Source of the DNA: Emiliania huxleyi CCMP1516
Taxonomy: Eukaryota
Direction: 5' to 3'
Assembly (NCBI RefSeq): GCF_000372725.1
Contig: NW_005201192.1
Span: 759,445 to 797,361 of the forward strand
DNA length: 37,917 bases
Under the pieces are notes generated by a model, which worked only from the letters and a program-made list of their open reading frames with translations, was not told the origin of the DNA and searched no databases. Positions 10,017-21,788 of this stretch are shown one piece after another. Every line of letters begins with the position of its first letter. The first letter of the stretch is position 1. The translations under genes and the position numbers were made by a program.

Positions 10017-13000
10017 ATGATCACGTCTACTCCAGGTTACGATGAAGCCCGCTTCCAGTCCGAGGCGGAACTTGGTCTCGTTGCCGATGTCGTCCTCGCC
10101 CATCGCGCAGAGGGCGCCACCAAGGAGTCAGAGGTCACTGGCAAGATGCCAAAGCCGACCGGGGGAGAGCCGGGGTTGCGCCAGTCGGGTGGCGAGAGCA
10201 GCCTGCTGAGGAAGGAGGCCGAGAGGGAGTCTCAGCGTGAGTCGGAGCTGGAGGCGAAGCGTCGCGAGCTCAAGACGCTGCTCGAGTCGGTCGGGCTGCG
10301 CGTGCGGGTGCAGCACTCACGAGACGGCGGCGAGGTGATGCTCAAGGTCAGCACTGCAAGCGCGCGGTGCATTCTCCCACGCACCGCGGACGCCTGTCTC
10401 GTGGCGGGCCCTAGGTGACGGCCACGCTGGAGCGCCTCGAGGATGAGGCCGAGCGCAGCGGCATGAAGATGGGCATCGCCGGCTCGCAACGCCAATACGA
10501 GCCCTTCACGCGCTCGCGGGCAGGGGAGTTTGTGCTCAAGGAGGGTCGGACCTTCTCGGCGCTGGAGCGGCAGCGGCTCATCCTCTCTATACTGGAGGCA
10601 GAGCACAACGGACTGCTCTGGAGGCGATACACCCCTCATTTTGATGTCATCGCCCATGTTAGGCGGAGCGCGAGGTTGGCGGCGCTGGGCTTGACCTCGA
10701 CGAGCTCGTTGTCAGCGGCGTACTGATCTGCTACTTTGGTCTGCACTCCATTGCAGAGAGGAACTCGCTCAACGCAGAGTGGCTAACCGTGCGCTCGTGG
10801 CCGTTTGCGAACCGGCGGCTCTTTCCGGACCTCGGGCTGATGCAGCAGCCGATAGGGGAGGTCCGGGAGTACTATGGCGAGAGCATCGCCATGTACTTTG
10901 CCTGGATGGAGCACTACACCAACTCGCTGACGGTGCGTGCGTCCCTTCTCCTCCTGCGCCCCGCGCATCAGCCACGCACCGCTGGAGCCAAGCGGCCGCT
11001 GCTCCGTAGACCAGACCCTCTGCTCCTACCACCCGAGGCACGTCCCAACGCGCGTCCCAACGGCGTGCCTGCAGGTGCTTGCGCTCATCGCCGCTGTCGT
11101 CGAGCTGTCGCCGGTTGGTGCGCTCGGCACGCCGCTGTACGCATGCGCCTCTGCGCTGTGGTGCACGTTGATGGCGGAGTCGTGGAAGCGCCGCCAGGCC
11201 ACGCTGGCGCACGAGTGGGGAATGGTTGGCTACGAGAACGAGGAGCGGCCCCGGCCCGAGTTCATCGCAGCCTTCCACAAGGGGCTGTGGGCAGCAGACC
11301 ACGAGGCGGATCCACCCGAGGTGGATGATGGCGATGGGCTTTCGGAGAGCAACGCGAGCATGCGGCTCGACGCGGAGAGCAAGCCAATGGTGAAGAAGCG
11401 GCAGTCGTCCCTCACGAAGATCGTGCGGGGCAACAAGGGCGGGATGGAGCGGCGGAGCGGCTTTTACGACCGGCGCGGCTTTGTGCCGCATGACGACGCT
11501 CCGGAGACGCTAGTGATGCCCGAGGGGTCCCGGCTGCGCGTGTACCTCATGAGCATCCCGACGCTGGTGCTGTGCACCGTGCTGATGCTGGTGGTCACAC
11601 TCGGCATCCTCACCTTCCGCATGCTCATGTCGCTGTCGCGGCAGCTGGAGGAGCATCCGTACTTCAACCCGTCCACCGCGACGACGGTGGGCGCGCTGCT
11701 GAACACACTGTGGATCACAGTCATGAATATGGTGTACGCCAAGCTAGCCGCATGGCTCAACGATCTCGAGAACCACCGCACCGACACGGAGCACGAGGAC
11801 GCGCTCATCGTCAAGACCTTCCTCTTCCAGTTTGCAAACTCGTACATCGTGCTCTTTTACATCGCTTTCATCCAGGGCCTCAACTTCTCGCTCTACGGTG
11901 CCTTTGGCTACACCAACGCGGCGGGCCAGGCGTACCACGACATGTGCGGCCTCTCGGGCGGTGAGTCTGGGGCCGACTCGTGGGCCTTTGCCGGCTGCAA
12001 GGGCCCCGGCGGCAGCGCAGGCGTACCGCCCCCGACGGCGGGCGACCCGCTCGACGCATCCAACCCTCAGGGGCACTGCGAGCGGGCGATCTTTGTCGAG
12101 GCGCGCCACGTCTCTGGCCGCTGCCACCTCGCAGCCTCCGCCCCCTTCTCACTCTCCGCAGCGACGCCCCCTCGCCGCAGGACCCTGACGGCTGCGTCGG
12201 GCTGCTCCGCACGCAGCTGTTCTACTACACCGTCTTCAAGCCCCTCTACGAGGTTGCGCTGCAGGCTCTCATCCCGTGGCTGCAGCACCGCTACAACCTC
12301 TACCAGCTCCGCCAGCGCGTCGGCCGGTCCTCCATCGCGGCCACGGGGATGGCCAGCGCGGAGGCAGCAGACAGCGGCGGGAAGATGGCGGGCTGCGTCG
12401 ACTGGATGACGGGGCTCGTGGGGGCGCCGCCGGGGACGCAGAGTAGTACGGTGAGCATCGACCTGAGCTCCGAGGAGCAGGTTGCGCTTCGCTTCGTCGA
12501 GCTCGGTCAGGAGATCGAGGAGCAGATGGCCATGCCGGCGTTCGACGGCACCTTTTCCGAGTACAACACCAAGGTGATACAGTACGGCTTTGTCTGCATG
12601 TTTGCCTCCGCCTTCCCACCCGCCGCCATCGCCGCGGCGATCGCCAACTTTGTCGAGCTACGCTTCGACGCGCACAAGATTGGCTACTCGCATCGCCGGC
12701 CGGTCTACCGCGGCGCGGAGGACATCGGCTCCTGGCAGCACGTGATGGACGTGCTCTCGTGGCTGGCGCTCGTCATCAATGTGCCACCCGATCCCTCTGC
12801 CGCGTCGCGCGGCACACGAGGCCCAGTGACCACGCGCTGCCGTTCTCCGTCGCCCGCAGGCTCTGATCGTGGCGTACACGTCCAACAGCGTGCGCGACAT
12901 GCTCGTAATACCGTGGCTCGCCGACAGAAGCGACTGCTCCAGCGACGCGGCCCCCTCGTGGGATGAGGACTGCGTCTCCAACTGGCGAGAGTGCTACCTC

Positions 13001-13324
13001 AACATTGGCGGCACGCCTGAGTACCCGGCATGGCAGTACCTGCCCACAAACATCACCGTCTCGGTCCCGCTGCTCACGGCGCTATGCGAGAAGAAGGTGG
13101 CGGCCGAGATGCAGACGCTGTACGACGAGGAGCATTGCTTCGTGTGCCAGGCGCGGCAGCGCGCCGTCTCATTATCGCTCGTCTGGACCGTCTTTGTTCT
13201 CGAGCACGTTCTCGTCCTCGTCAAGCTCTTCCTCGCCGCCTTGGTGCCCGACGTGCCGCGCTGGGTCGAGCTTGAGCAGGCAAAGCAGCGCTATGTGAGC
13301 GAGCGCCAGCGCAAGAAGCAATGA
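10017..13324 (+). CDS. Anoctamin/TMEM16 family channel or scramblase, multi-exon
   Basis: VREYYGESIAMYFAWMEHYT, WKRRQATLAHEWG, ENHRTDTEHEDALIVKTFLFQFANSY, EYNTKVIQYGFVCMFASAFP, ELRFDAHK, AEDIGSW, FVLEH..VPDVPRWV. Confidence 0.93.
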
Positions 13325-13929
13325 CCCGGGAGACGCGAGCGCGCATGTGCGGTATCGTGAGCGTGCCGAGCGCATGTGCTAAGGGTTGGCCCTCGCGCTC
13401 GCCACCGTTCTCGGACCTCGGGCTCGGCGCTCGCACCTCGAGAGCTCTCGACGTCGACCGTCGACGGCCGCGCTGCTGCGTGCTCCTCTGCACTGTGGCG
13501 CTGCCGCTGCGCGCTGGGGACTGGGCACCGGACCTGGCTCCTGGCCACCTGGGGGTGGGGCGCCGCCCGGGCGGCGGGCGCGCTGGACCTGTGGAGCGCT
13601 GGGCCGCTCCTGGCGCTGCTTCCGGTTCCGCGGGGCCGGGGGGCTCGCGCCTCGCGCCCCCTCGACGGTGGGCCTGAACATATTTTGACATGTCGTAGAT
13701 GTAGAAGACGTTTCAACTAACAGCGAAACGCGCGGACACAATCATACACTGCTGCGCTCGCACGTGACACATACCCTTGATAATCGCGCTCCCGCCCCTC
13801 CACGCCTTCGCTCCCGGCGCCGAACATCCTCGGCCTCTCCTCTGCCCCTCCGGCGCCATCCGCAACGCCATCCGGCGCGCCGCCGAACGGGGCTGCCGCA
13901 GCGGCGGCGCAGGCCGTGTGGCCAGCCGC

Positions 13930-14996
13930 TTAGAGCGTCTCGCCGATCGGGAAGATCGGGTTGCCGGTCAGGCCCTCGTGGATCAGCATGCCTGGGGGGG
14001 GGGGGGGGGGCAAGGGGTGAAAGGGGCAGGGACGGGGGCCGGGGGAGCATGACGCAGGAGTATGTGTGTGTGCCGCTCCTCGAGGGAGGGTGAAGGGGGG
14101 GGGGGGGTATGCACCGGTGATGCCCATCATCGCAGCGCGGCCGTTGTTGCGCTCGGCGTTGAGCTTCCAGGTCTTTCCGAGGAAGAGCTCGTCCTCGCCG
14201 ACCTGCGGCGGGGCAGGGAGGGGCGCGTGGGAGGGGGGCGGCAGATTGACGGGAAGAGGGGGGGGGGGGGCGAGGGTAGAATGGTGTGTGGGAGGAGCGG
14301 CGGCGGCGGCACCTGCTTGGTCGAGCCGTCGCCAAGCCAGACGTCGTAGCCGTCGGGGTAGCGCGCCCACGCGACGCCCTCGGGGACGACGTCACCGGGG
14401 TCCTTCTCGGGGTCCTGCTTCAGCGCGTACACCTCGAGGAAGGAGATGAAGAGGACGATCTGCAGCCACGCCGAGGTGGGCAGAGCCGCCCACGACGCAA
14501 TCGCGCCGCCGGGCAGGTCGGAGAACTTGATGCCCTCCGCGAGGGAGAGGTAGCCGGGCCAGCGGATGCCCGAGTAGGTGGTGATGACGCCGAGGAAGGC
14601 CGCCATCGCGAGCCGCCCGTGCTTGATCTCCATCTCCACGAACCTGCGGTACCGCTCCGGCCCCTGCTCGCGGATCTGCAGCGGGTCCCAGCGGCCGATG
14701 GGCGGAAGCACCCCGATCTCGTCGAACTGCGGGACGAAGGTGTCGACCTCGACGTACGGCTTGCCGGTCACGTCGACGAACGAGCCAGCGGTGCGGCGGG
14801 TGGAGATCTTTGCGTAATCCTTGCCGCCGCCGCGCTTGGCCGCCTTGGCAGCCTTCTTGACGGGCTTCTTGGCCGCCTTCTTGGGCGCCGCAGCCTTGGA
14901 GCCGGAGAAGAACATCTCCGGCGCCGGCGTGCGCACCGCCGCGAGCGGCGCGACGGGCGCGGTGAAGGAGAGGGCGACAGGGGCGAGCGAAAGCAT
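13930..14996 (-). CDS. Fucoxanthin-chlorophyll a/c light-harvesting protein (Lhcq-like); introns 14203-14312 and 13992-14114
   Basis: Bipartite plastid targeting (MLSLAPVALSFTAP), WDPL, EMEIKHGRLAMAAFLG, AWLQIV, KLNAERNNGRAAMMGITGMLIHE. The Lhcq subfamily call comes from the remembered ERNNGRAAMMG pattern. Confidence 0.93.
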
Positions 14997-15605
14997 GGGA
15001 GGCGATTCTCAGGGGCGATCTGCGCGACAATTCAGAGGATCCCGAGACCTCGGGAGCAAGTTGGCTGCACCCATGAAGGTTTTCCACATTCGTCAAAGGA
15101 AAGAGGCGCATGAAGCGCGAAATGCAAGCCAACTGCAGAGAAAAGAAAGAGCGCACCGCCCATACTTGGCGTGAGGACCGCCAGTGGAGTTGGGAGTCCA
15201 CAGTGCACCACCGCGCTGCGAGCCTGTCGTGGTTGGTGTCGACACTGATCACTGTGTCTGTGAGAAATTGGTGATTTCTTGTTGGTTTTCAAAAATATCA
15301 AAACAACAAATGTGAGTGTTGGAGTTGTTTGGTATTGTCCGCGTTGCCGTTGGGTCGTGCGCGGCCTTGTCTGCTGCCTTTCCCCGCAACTTGAGCTGCC
15401 CCTGCACCGCGACCATCGCGTTGGCGGTCTCTGCGCAGCAAGCTTGGCCGCCTTCGCCGATCTCTCTCGCTCTGCCGCCGCCGCCGCGTCCACGGGGCGG
15501 GTCGTCGCGCAGCTCGGCGTCGGCAGCCTCGATCATGGGACATGGCAGCCTCGCTCATACCACATACGTACGGGAGCGCAGAGACCTGAATACGGTCCGT
15601 CGACA

Positions 15606-15659
15606 AATTCGAAACGTCCGCAGCTCCCGCCGAATTCGAAACGTCCGCAGCTCCCGCCG
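15606..15659. repeat. 27-bp direct tandem duplication (AATTCGAAACGTCCGCAGCTCCCGCCG) x2
   Basis: Directly visible. Confidence 0.9.
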
Positions 15660-15751
15660 ATCTCCCGCTAACGGATCTTACCCCGCCTGTAACCTCTCTT
15701 TAAGGTATTGCTAAACGCCTCTCTCTCTCACCACCACATCCACAACCACAC

Positions 15752-17317
15752 TCTAAATAAAATAAATCAAACGGACATCCCAATGCTATAGGGCTGGGTC
15801 GAGGACAGACACGTCCCCACCTTTGCAGGATTTTGCAAAAGCGAGGGGGGAAGGGCGCATCGCCGCGCGGAGAGGGCTGGGCACAGGGCACAGGGGATCT
15901 CTCTCGCATAGCCATAGGATACACACTCGGCGGCACGAGGGCAGGGCTGAGCGTCCTATTTGTGCTCCCCCCCGGACCCCTCGCTCTCGGGCACTATCCA
16001 TCTGACCACTAACGGACTTGGAGCACTTGGAGTGCAGTCATCAACCTCACATCCAGGGCCGGGGAGCTGAGAAGCGCACCCAGCGAGCCGGATGATCGGC
16101 ATCGGGCTACGGGCTAGAGAGCCCTGACCCCTAGCTAGGGGGGGTGCGCATTCGCAGGGCAAGGGCCTTAAAGTAAACACGGGTCTCCGAGGGTTGGTTC
16201 TGCGCTTTGGGTGTCCCCTAGCGGCGGAACGCCCCCTCTACTCGGAGCTAGTAAACACCAGACTCTAGACTAACATGTTTTCTTTCTTTTTCTACTCGGA
16301 GCCAGTGAGACGAGAATACGCACATCTTACAAGAATACATACTGCCCCCACGGAGTACCTGCACTACTCGACGATAATACAAGAAGAATACGCAGGACGC
16401 AGCTTGGAAGTTGCAGACGCCTATAAAGAAAAAACAGCCAGCTAAATTTCGGCGGCTAAAAAGCAAAGGACGGGCGCTTTTGATCGGCAAAGCAAAGTTG
16501 GAGTAACGGCGACCGCGTCGCCACAATGCCAGTCGCCTGTCGAGCAGCCTTGGCGGCGCGCATGCGCCGCAGGGTTGACCGACAGCCGCGCGCCTCGAGC
16601 CTCTCGCTCCAAGCGCCGGCAGCCACGCAGCGGCAAGACACGCAGTGGCCGCACTGCGGCGGTTGGACCCCGGCCCGTGCGTCGACAAAAACGCGCTATC
16701 CGCGCGGCGGCGGGCCCTCGCGCCAGTCGCGCTCCCCCTCCCCTGACTCGCCGCCCGCGAAGCGCGCCTCCTCCGCCGACTCCTCCGGCTACGACTCCGA
16801 GACGCCCGACGAGGTCCAGACGGAGGCGGTGCGCAGGGTGTGCGGCGCGCTCGGCATAAGGGAGCGGTTCGACGCGGCGCTGGCGGCGGGCGAGCTGCCC
16901 GAGCTGCTCGAGGGATTGCCGTGTGGAATGGTTGAGGCCTCCATCCGTCTCATGCGGGGGTACATGCGCACGGGCAAGTGGCCCGAGCCCACCCTGCCCA
17001 GCCCTGAACCGGAGCGCGGCCGCTCGCGTAGTAGCTCACACTGCCCCTCAGAGTGGTCGGAGGATTAGTGCCCCAAGAGCGAGGACCCCGAGGGGAGCAC
17101 CAATAGGAGGCCCAGCCTTGCCCTCGTGCCGCCGAGTGTGTATCCTATGCGAGAGAGATCCCCTGTCGCCTGTGCCCTGTGCCCAGCCCTCTCCACGCCG
17201 CGATGCGCCCCCCCGCCCCCTCCCCCTCGCCCTTGCAAAATCCTGCAAAGGTGGGGACGTGTCTGTCCTCGACCCAGCCCTAGCTTGGGATGACGGATGT
17301 CCGTTTTATTTATTAGA
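15752..17317. mobile_element. Segment bounded by ~260-bp imperfect inverted repeats (15752-16010 and 17052-17317); probable non-autonomous element or two head-to-head repeat copies
   Basis: GGGCTGGGTCGAGGACAGACACGTCCCCACCTTTGCAGGATTTTGCAA and the flanking sequence recur as a reverse complement. Both arms end in (TTTA)-like tails. Confidence 0.7.
16016..16263 (-). repeat. Dispersed ~250-bp repeat, copy 1 (copy 2 at 28897-29153, opposite orientation)
   Basis: Aligns by eye; 16016-16068 is the exact reverse complement of 29101-29153. Confidence 0.9.
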
Positions 17318-17552
17318 ATTAGTGCTTGAGCAGCCGGGCGGTCGCCGCAGCCACCTCGAACGGTAGCTCGTCGAGCCACTCGCCGAAGGTGCCCTCGTCT
17401 TGCGCCGCGGCGTTCAACTACTTTTTCTTTTTGCCTCTGTGTAGTGTGTAGCAAGGGGCTCTGCAAATGCGAATATGCTAAAAGTCTGTTTCTTTTTCGG
17501 TAGCGGGCGAAAAAAAACTCGGGGCGCAGGCAATCCCGAGAGTCAGCATGAT

Positions 17553-19845
17553 ATGCCTCTGCCCGACCTAATCGAGGTTGTGCCGCTCAGCCCCGAGGCG
17601 CTGGCGCGGCTCAAGGCGGCGCCCGCCCAGATTGCCATCCCAGGGTCCAAGTCCATCACCAACCGCGCAATCGTGCTCGCTGCGCTCGGCGACGGCGCTG
17701 TAACGCTCCAGGGCGCGCTGTGGTCCGAGGACACTGAGGCGATGACTGAGTGCATGCGGACGCTCGGGATCAACGTCGAGGTGGCGGCCGACCCACTAAA
17801 TGCGGCCAACCGGCGGATCACTGTCCACGGCTGCGGCGGCGTGGTGCCTCCGGGCGGCACCGAGGAGGCGCCGACCGAGCTCTTTGTGGCGAACGCCGGC
17901 ACTGCGGCCCGCTTCCTGACGGCGATGGTGTGCCTGGGGAGCGGCGTGTACCGCCTCTCCGGCGTCCCGCGCATGCACGAGCGGCCGCAGGCGCGCTAGC
18001 CACTCAGTGGACATCTTCTCAGAGCCCTCCTCGAATCTTCTCGGAAGCTTCCCCACAGGCGGAGCTCGTCCGAGCGCTGCGAGCGCTCGGGTACCGCGTC
18101 GACACGCCCAATGAGCGGCTGCCGGCGCTCGTGCACGGCGGAGGGCCGCGGCCGGGTCCGGTGCTGGTGAGCGTGTCCGACTCGTCGCAGTTTGCGTCCG
18201 CCCTGCTGCTCTCGAGCGCGCGCGGCGGGTGGGTCGTCTCGGCGCGGGTGCGGCACGCCGTGAGCTGCGTCTCTTCACGCCATTGGCCGTGAACAGGTGG
18301 GTCGTCTCGACTCCGGAGGGGTCCAACCCGGACGAGCTCCCGCGCGCGATCCTCTGAGAGCGGCCCCTCTGCCTCACGGCGGAGGCGCACACGGGCAGCC
18401 GTTGGAGACTTTGTAGGCGCGGCGAGAGAGGGCGCGCCTGCGGGGGAGAGCGAGCCTCCTCGGAGCCCGTTCGGAGCCCTCCCGGTAGGTACGTCGAGAT
18501 GACGCGCCGGCTGGTGGAGACGTTCCCACACGGCGGCGGCGACTTCCAGGTCGAGCCGGACGCGTCCAGCGCCAGCTACTTTCACGCTGCAAACGCGCTC
18601 TTCCCAGACCACCTGCCGGCGCGGCGGCCTGCCCCTCCCCTCGGAGCCCACCCCGTCTAGGCGCAAGCCCTCGAGGGCGACACTTGCGGTAGGTGCGCGT
18701 GCTCGCCTGCCAGCCCCCAAAGAGGGAGGGAGGAACCGGCTGGCAGATCGACGCAGAGTTCCCACGTTTGGCGCCGACGGCGGCGGCCGAAGGCGACAAC
18801 GGTGGCGGCGACGGCGACGGCGGCGCGGCGGCCGATCCGGCCAAGCGAGCGAAGCTGGCGCCGCGTGTCATTTCGCGGCACGCGCCGACGGATTTGGGCG
18901 ACTCGGTCACGATTGCCATGCTGGCATGTCCGCGACACGTCCGCGACACGTCCGCGACACGTCCGCGGCACCGGCCACAGGTGATGACGGCGATCGCCAT
19001 CGCGCCGCTCGCCTCGCAGCCGCACGCCTTCGCTTCGCTCGGCGTGCTGCGCAAGCAAGAGTGCGAGCGCGTGGCGGCACTGAGGGACGAGTTGCGCAAG
19101 TGCAAGGTGATCGCCGCCCGCGAGGGGGGCGTGGGAAGGAGGAGGGGGGGGAGGGGGGAGGAGGAGGCCCGCACCTCGAGCAAGCGCCCTCCCGCCCCGC
19201 CCCTCCCACCTCTCTGCGGCCGCCCTCGCACACCCCTCAGGCGAGCGTCGAGGAGGAGGTTGCGACGGACACTCTCTCCATCGCCCCGACCGCCGCCGCC
19301 TCCCTCGGCGACGCGACAGTGGCGACGTGCGTCGACCCGGATGGCGGCACGCGACGATGATTGCGGTCGAGCGTGACGCGGTCTTGGCATAGGTACCACG
19401 ACCACCGGATGGCGATGTGCTTCGCCACTCTCGCGCTCAAGGCGCCGCCTTCATGGACGCTTCCTAGACACTTCCTAGACACTTCCTAGACACTTTCAAG
19501 ACGCTTCATAGACGCTTCATAGACGCTTCATAGACGCTTCATAGACGCTTCATAGACGCTTCATAGACGCTTCCGGACGCTCACGAGGCGACACCGCCGC
19601 CGCCGCCGCCGCACCCGCGCCGCACTGCGCGAGCCGCGCCCCCCTGACGCGCGGTCGGGCTGCGGCAGGTGCGAGGCATCAAGATTGAGGGGCCGCGCTG
19701 CGTGAGGAAGACGGTGCCCTCCTTCTTCCAGATCCTTGCCGCGTCGCCGCCGAGCGGGCTGGGCGTGGAGGTCTGGGAGTGCAACGCCGCCACGGGCGAG
19801 CGGCTGCGGCGGCTTGAGGCTCCCGAGGACCTCTTCGCCGCGTGA
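17553..19845 (+). CDS. aroA: 3-phosphoshikimate 1-carboxyvinyltransferase (EPSP synthase), monofunctional, about 8 introns
   Basis: IPGSKSITNRA, NAGTAARFL, RMHERP, SDSSQFASALL, PYVEMT, EPDASSASYF, LRKQECER, YHDHRMAMCF, CVRKTVPSFF. Introns include 17991-18058, 18229-18296, 18342-18488, 19107-19240 and 19327-19392. Confidence 0.93.
19456..19572. repeat. Intronic 11-bp tandem array, GACACTTCCTA grading into GACGCTTCATA, about 10 copies
   Basis: Directly visible in the last aroA intron. A further 11-mer (GTCCGCGACAC) lies at 18928-18966. Confidence 0.95.
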
Positions 19846-20339
19846 GCCAGACGTTTTAGGATACGCGATCGCGCACGCACACGTACTCCTCATCTTTGAA
19901 GCATGTGTCATGTCCATGGCCGATGATGCGATGAAGGCTGAGATCCGCGTCATCTGTGCTGGGGAGTCTCGCGCTCGTTGCGACGTTGGCCACAGTTCTA
20001 CACGGTCTTAAACGAGTGGGCACTTTCTTGTAGTAATTGCTGCGTCCACATTTTGCACATACCACATTGTCAGCATTATTGTCTCTTTTTGCGACACGCG
20101 CGTTTTCATTTTTTATACCGTCATGCGTCAATGTGTGCGCGCGGCGCCGCCGCGAACCCCACGGGAACCGCGCCCCGTGGCGGCGTGGGGGCGCCAGAAC
20201 TTGGGCCAGGTACCAATTTTGTCGAATTTATTTCAAAATCTGCAGGCGCGGAGCGCCTGCGAAAATTTTGAAGAAATTTGCAGTCGGGCCTGATTTTCAT
20301 CAAGATCTTTCAAATTTGCGGTGTGGAGTTGGGGGGTGG

Positions 20340-20400
20340 GTTAGGTTAGGGTTATTAGGGTTAGAGGGTTTGGGTTAGGGTTAGGGTTAGGGTCAGGGTT
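20340..20400 (+). repeat. Interstitial degenerate telomeric repeat (TTAGGG)n
   Basis: GTTAGGTTAGGGTTATTAGGGTTAGAGGGTTTGGGTTAGGGTTAGGGTTAGGGTCAGGGTT. Confidence 0.85.
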
Positions 20401-20553
20401 GTCTGGTTGTGTCTGTATATGCCAGCGTTGCAGGGTTCTGCGCTGGTATCTGGCCCCACAGCGCCGACGACTACGCCGCCACCACACAGGGATTTTAAGG
20501 AGAGGTGTGTGGTGCGCTATCCGTCGCCCACCCTAGGGAGTCTGCCTCTTCCT

Positions 20554-20631
20554 ATCTCTCTTCGCAGTCTCTCGCCGATTCTCGCTGCAACCTTCATGCC
20601 ACCTCGCGGTCGTCCCACCCTCGTCGTTCTC
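20554..20631 (+). repeat. ~78-bp dispersed direct repeat, second copy at 23970-24048
   Basis: ATCTCTCTTCGCAGTCTCTCGCCGATTCTCGCTGCA(A/C)CCTTCATGCCACCTCGCGGTCGTCCCACCCTCGTCGTTCTCT occurs at both sites. Confidence 0.9.
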
Positions 20632-21536
20632 TGGGGACGAGTAGGATCTTGTAAGCCCACGTAAAATTCTTTTCTTTAGCAGCTTGTTCGCGGGCTTTGC
20701 GCGCACCAAGGACGCAGAGCTCGCGCCACCCTCCGGACGCCCATATGCGCCAACTCGACGAGGAGGCTGGCGAAGAGAGCTGCGTTATTATCAAGCAAGA
20801 CTGCAGCAGCGGCGGATGACGACCGGGCGGTTGTGGTCGCGGCGGGAGTGCTCCGCCTCTGGTACGCGTGTGCATGGCGATTCCAGGCCCGCTCCGCCTG
20901 CCGACCACGTTGCTGCTCTGCTTCGGCAGCGCTTACGCCATCGTCCACGTCTGCTCCTTTGCGCTGAGTGCGGCGCTCTAGGGTCAGTCGGCAGCCTTGC
21001 AGCGCCAAATGATGTGACCACGCCCAATCGCTCTCCTGCGGCGCGTGGTCCTGAGCGCACGCGCTGTGCCCGGCGCACTTTTCTCGCTACGCGGTAGAGG
21101 TTTTCGGTTTTCGGTCCGTCGCTCTGAAAGAGCCTCGCCCACCTTGACAAGGCGCCGAGGCCGTTCATGGATCTTGGGGCCTTTTTTTTGAATTTTGTCA
21201 CTGACAGAAGGACCTTTTTGGACTGTCCAAGATAGTGCATTTCGGTTCCCCCCAAAATCCAGAAACAGCATACACATATAGCCGCGCGCCGCATATCTAG
21301 AGTGCGCCAGCACGACGCGGCGAGGGGAAACGGCGCAGCTCCCTCCGCGCTCTCTCTCTGGTGCATGTCTGTGGGACTCTCTCCGAATATGGCTTCCTCT
21401 GAACACGCCGCGCCCGACGGGGTCGGCGCGCCCCGGCAGGTCCGTCCCAGAAAATCGCTGCCTCCCTCCCCTGAGTCCCGCCTTTGGCCGCGGCTCCAAC
21501 TTCGGGCTTGGGAAGGAAAGGGGGGGGGGGGGGGCC

Positions 21537-21788
21537 NNNNNNNNNNNNNNNNNNNNNNNNNNNNNNNNNNNNNNNNNNNNNNNNNNNNNNNNNNNNNNNN
21601 NNNNNNNNNNNNNNNNNNNNNNNNNNNNNNNNNNNNNNNNNNNNNNNNNNNNNNNNNNNNNNNNNNNNNNNNNNNNNNNNNNNNNNNNNNNNNNNNNNNN
21701 NNNNNNNNNNNNNNNNNNNNNNNNNNNNNNNNNNNNNNNNNNNNNNNNNNNNNNNNNNNNNNNNNNNNNNNNNNNNNNNNNNNNNNNN
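21537..21788. other. Assembly gap (N run)
   Basis: Run of N following a poly-G tract. Confidence 1.
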
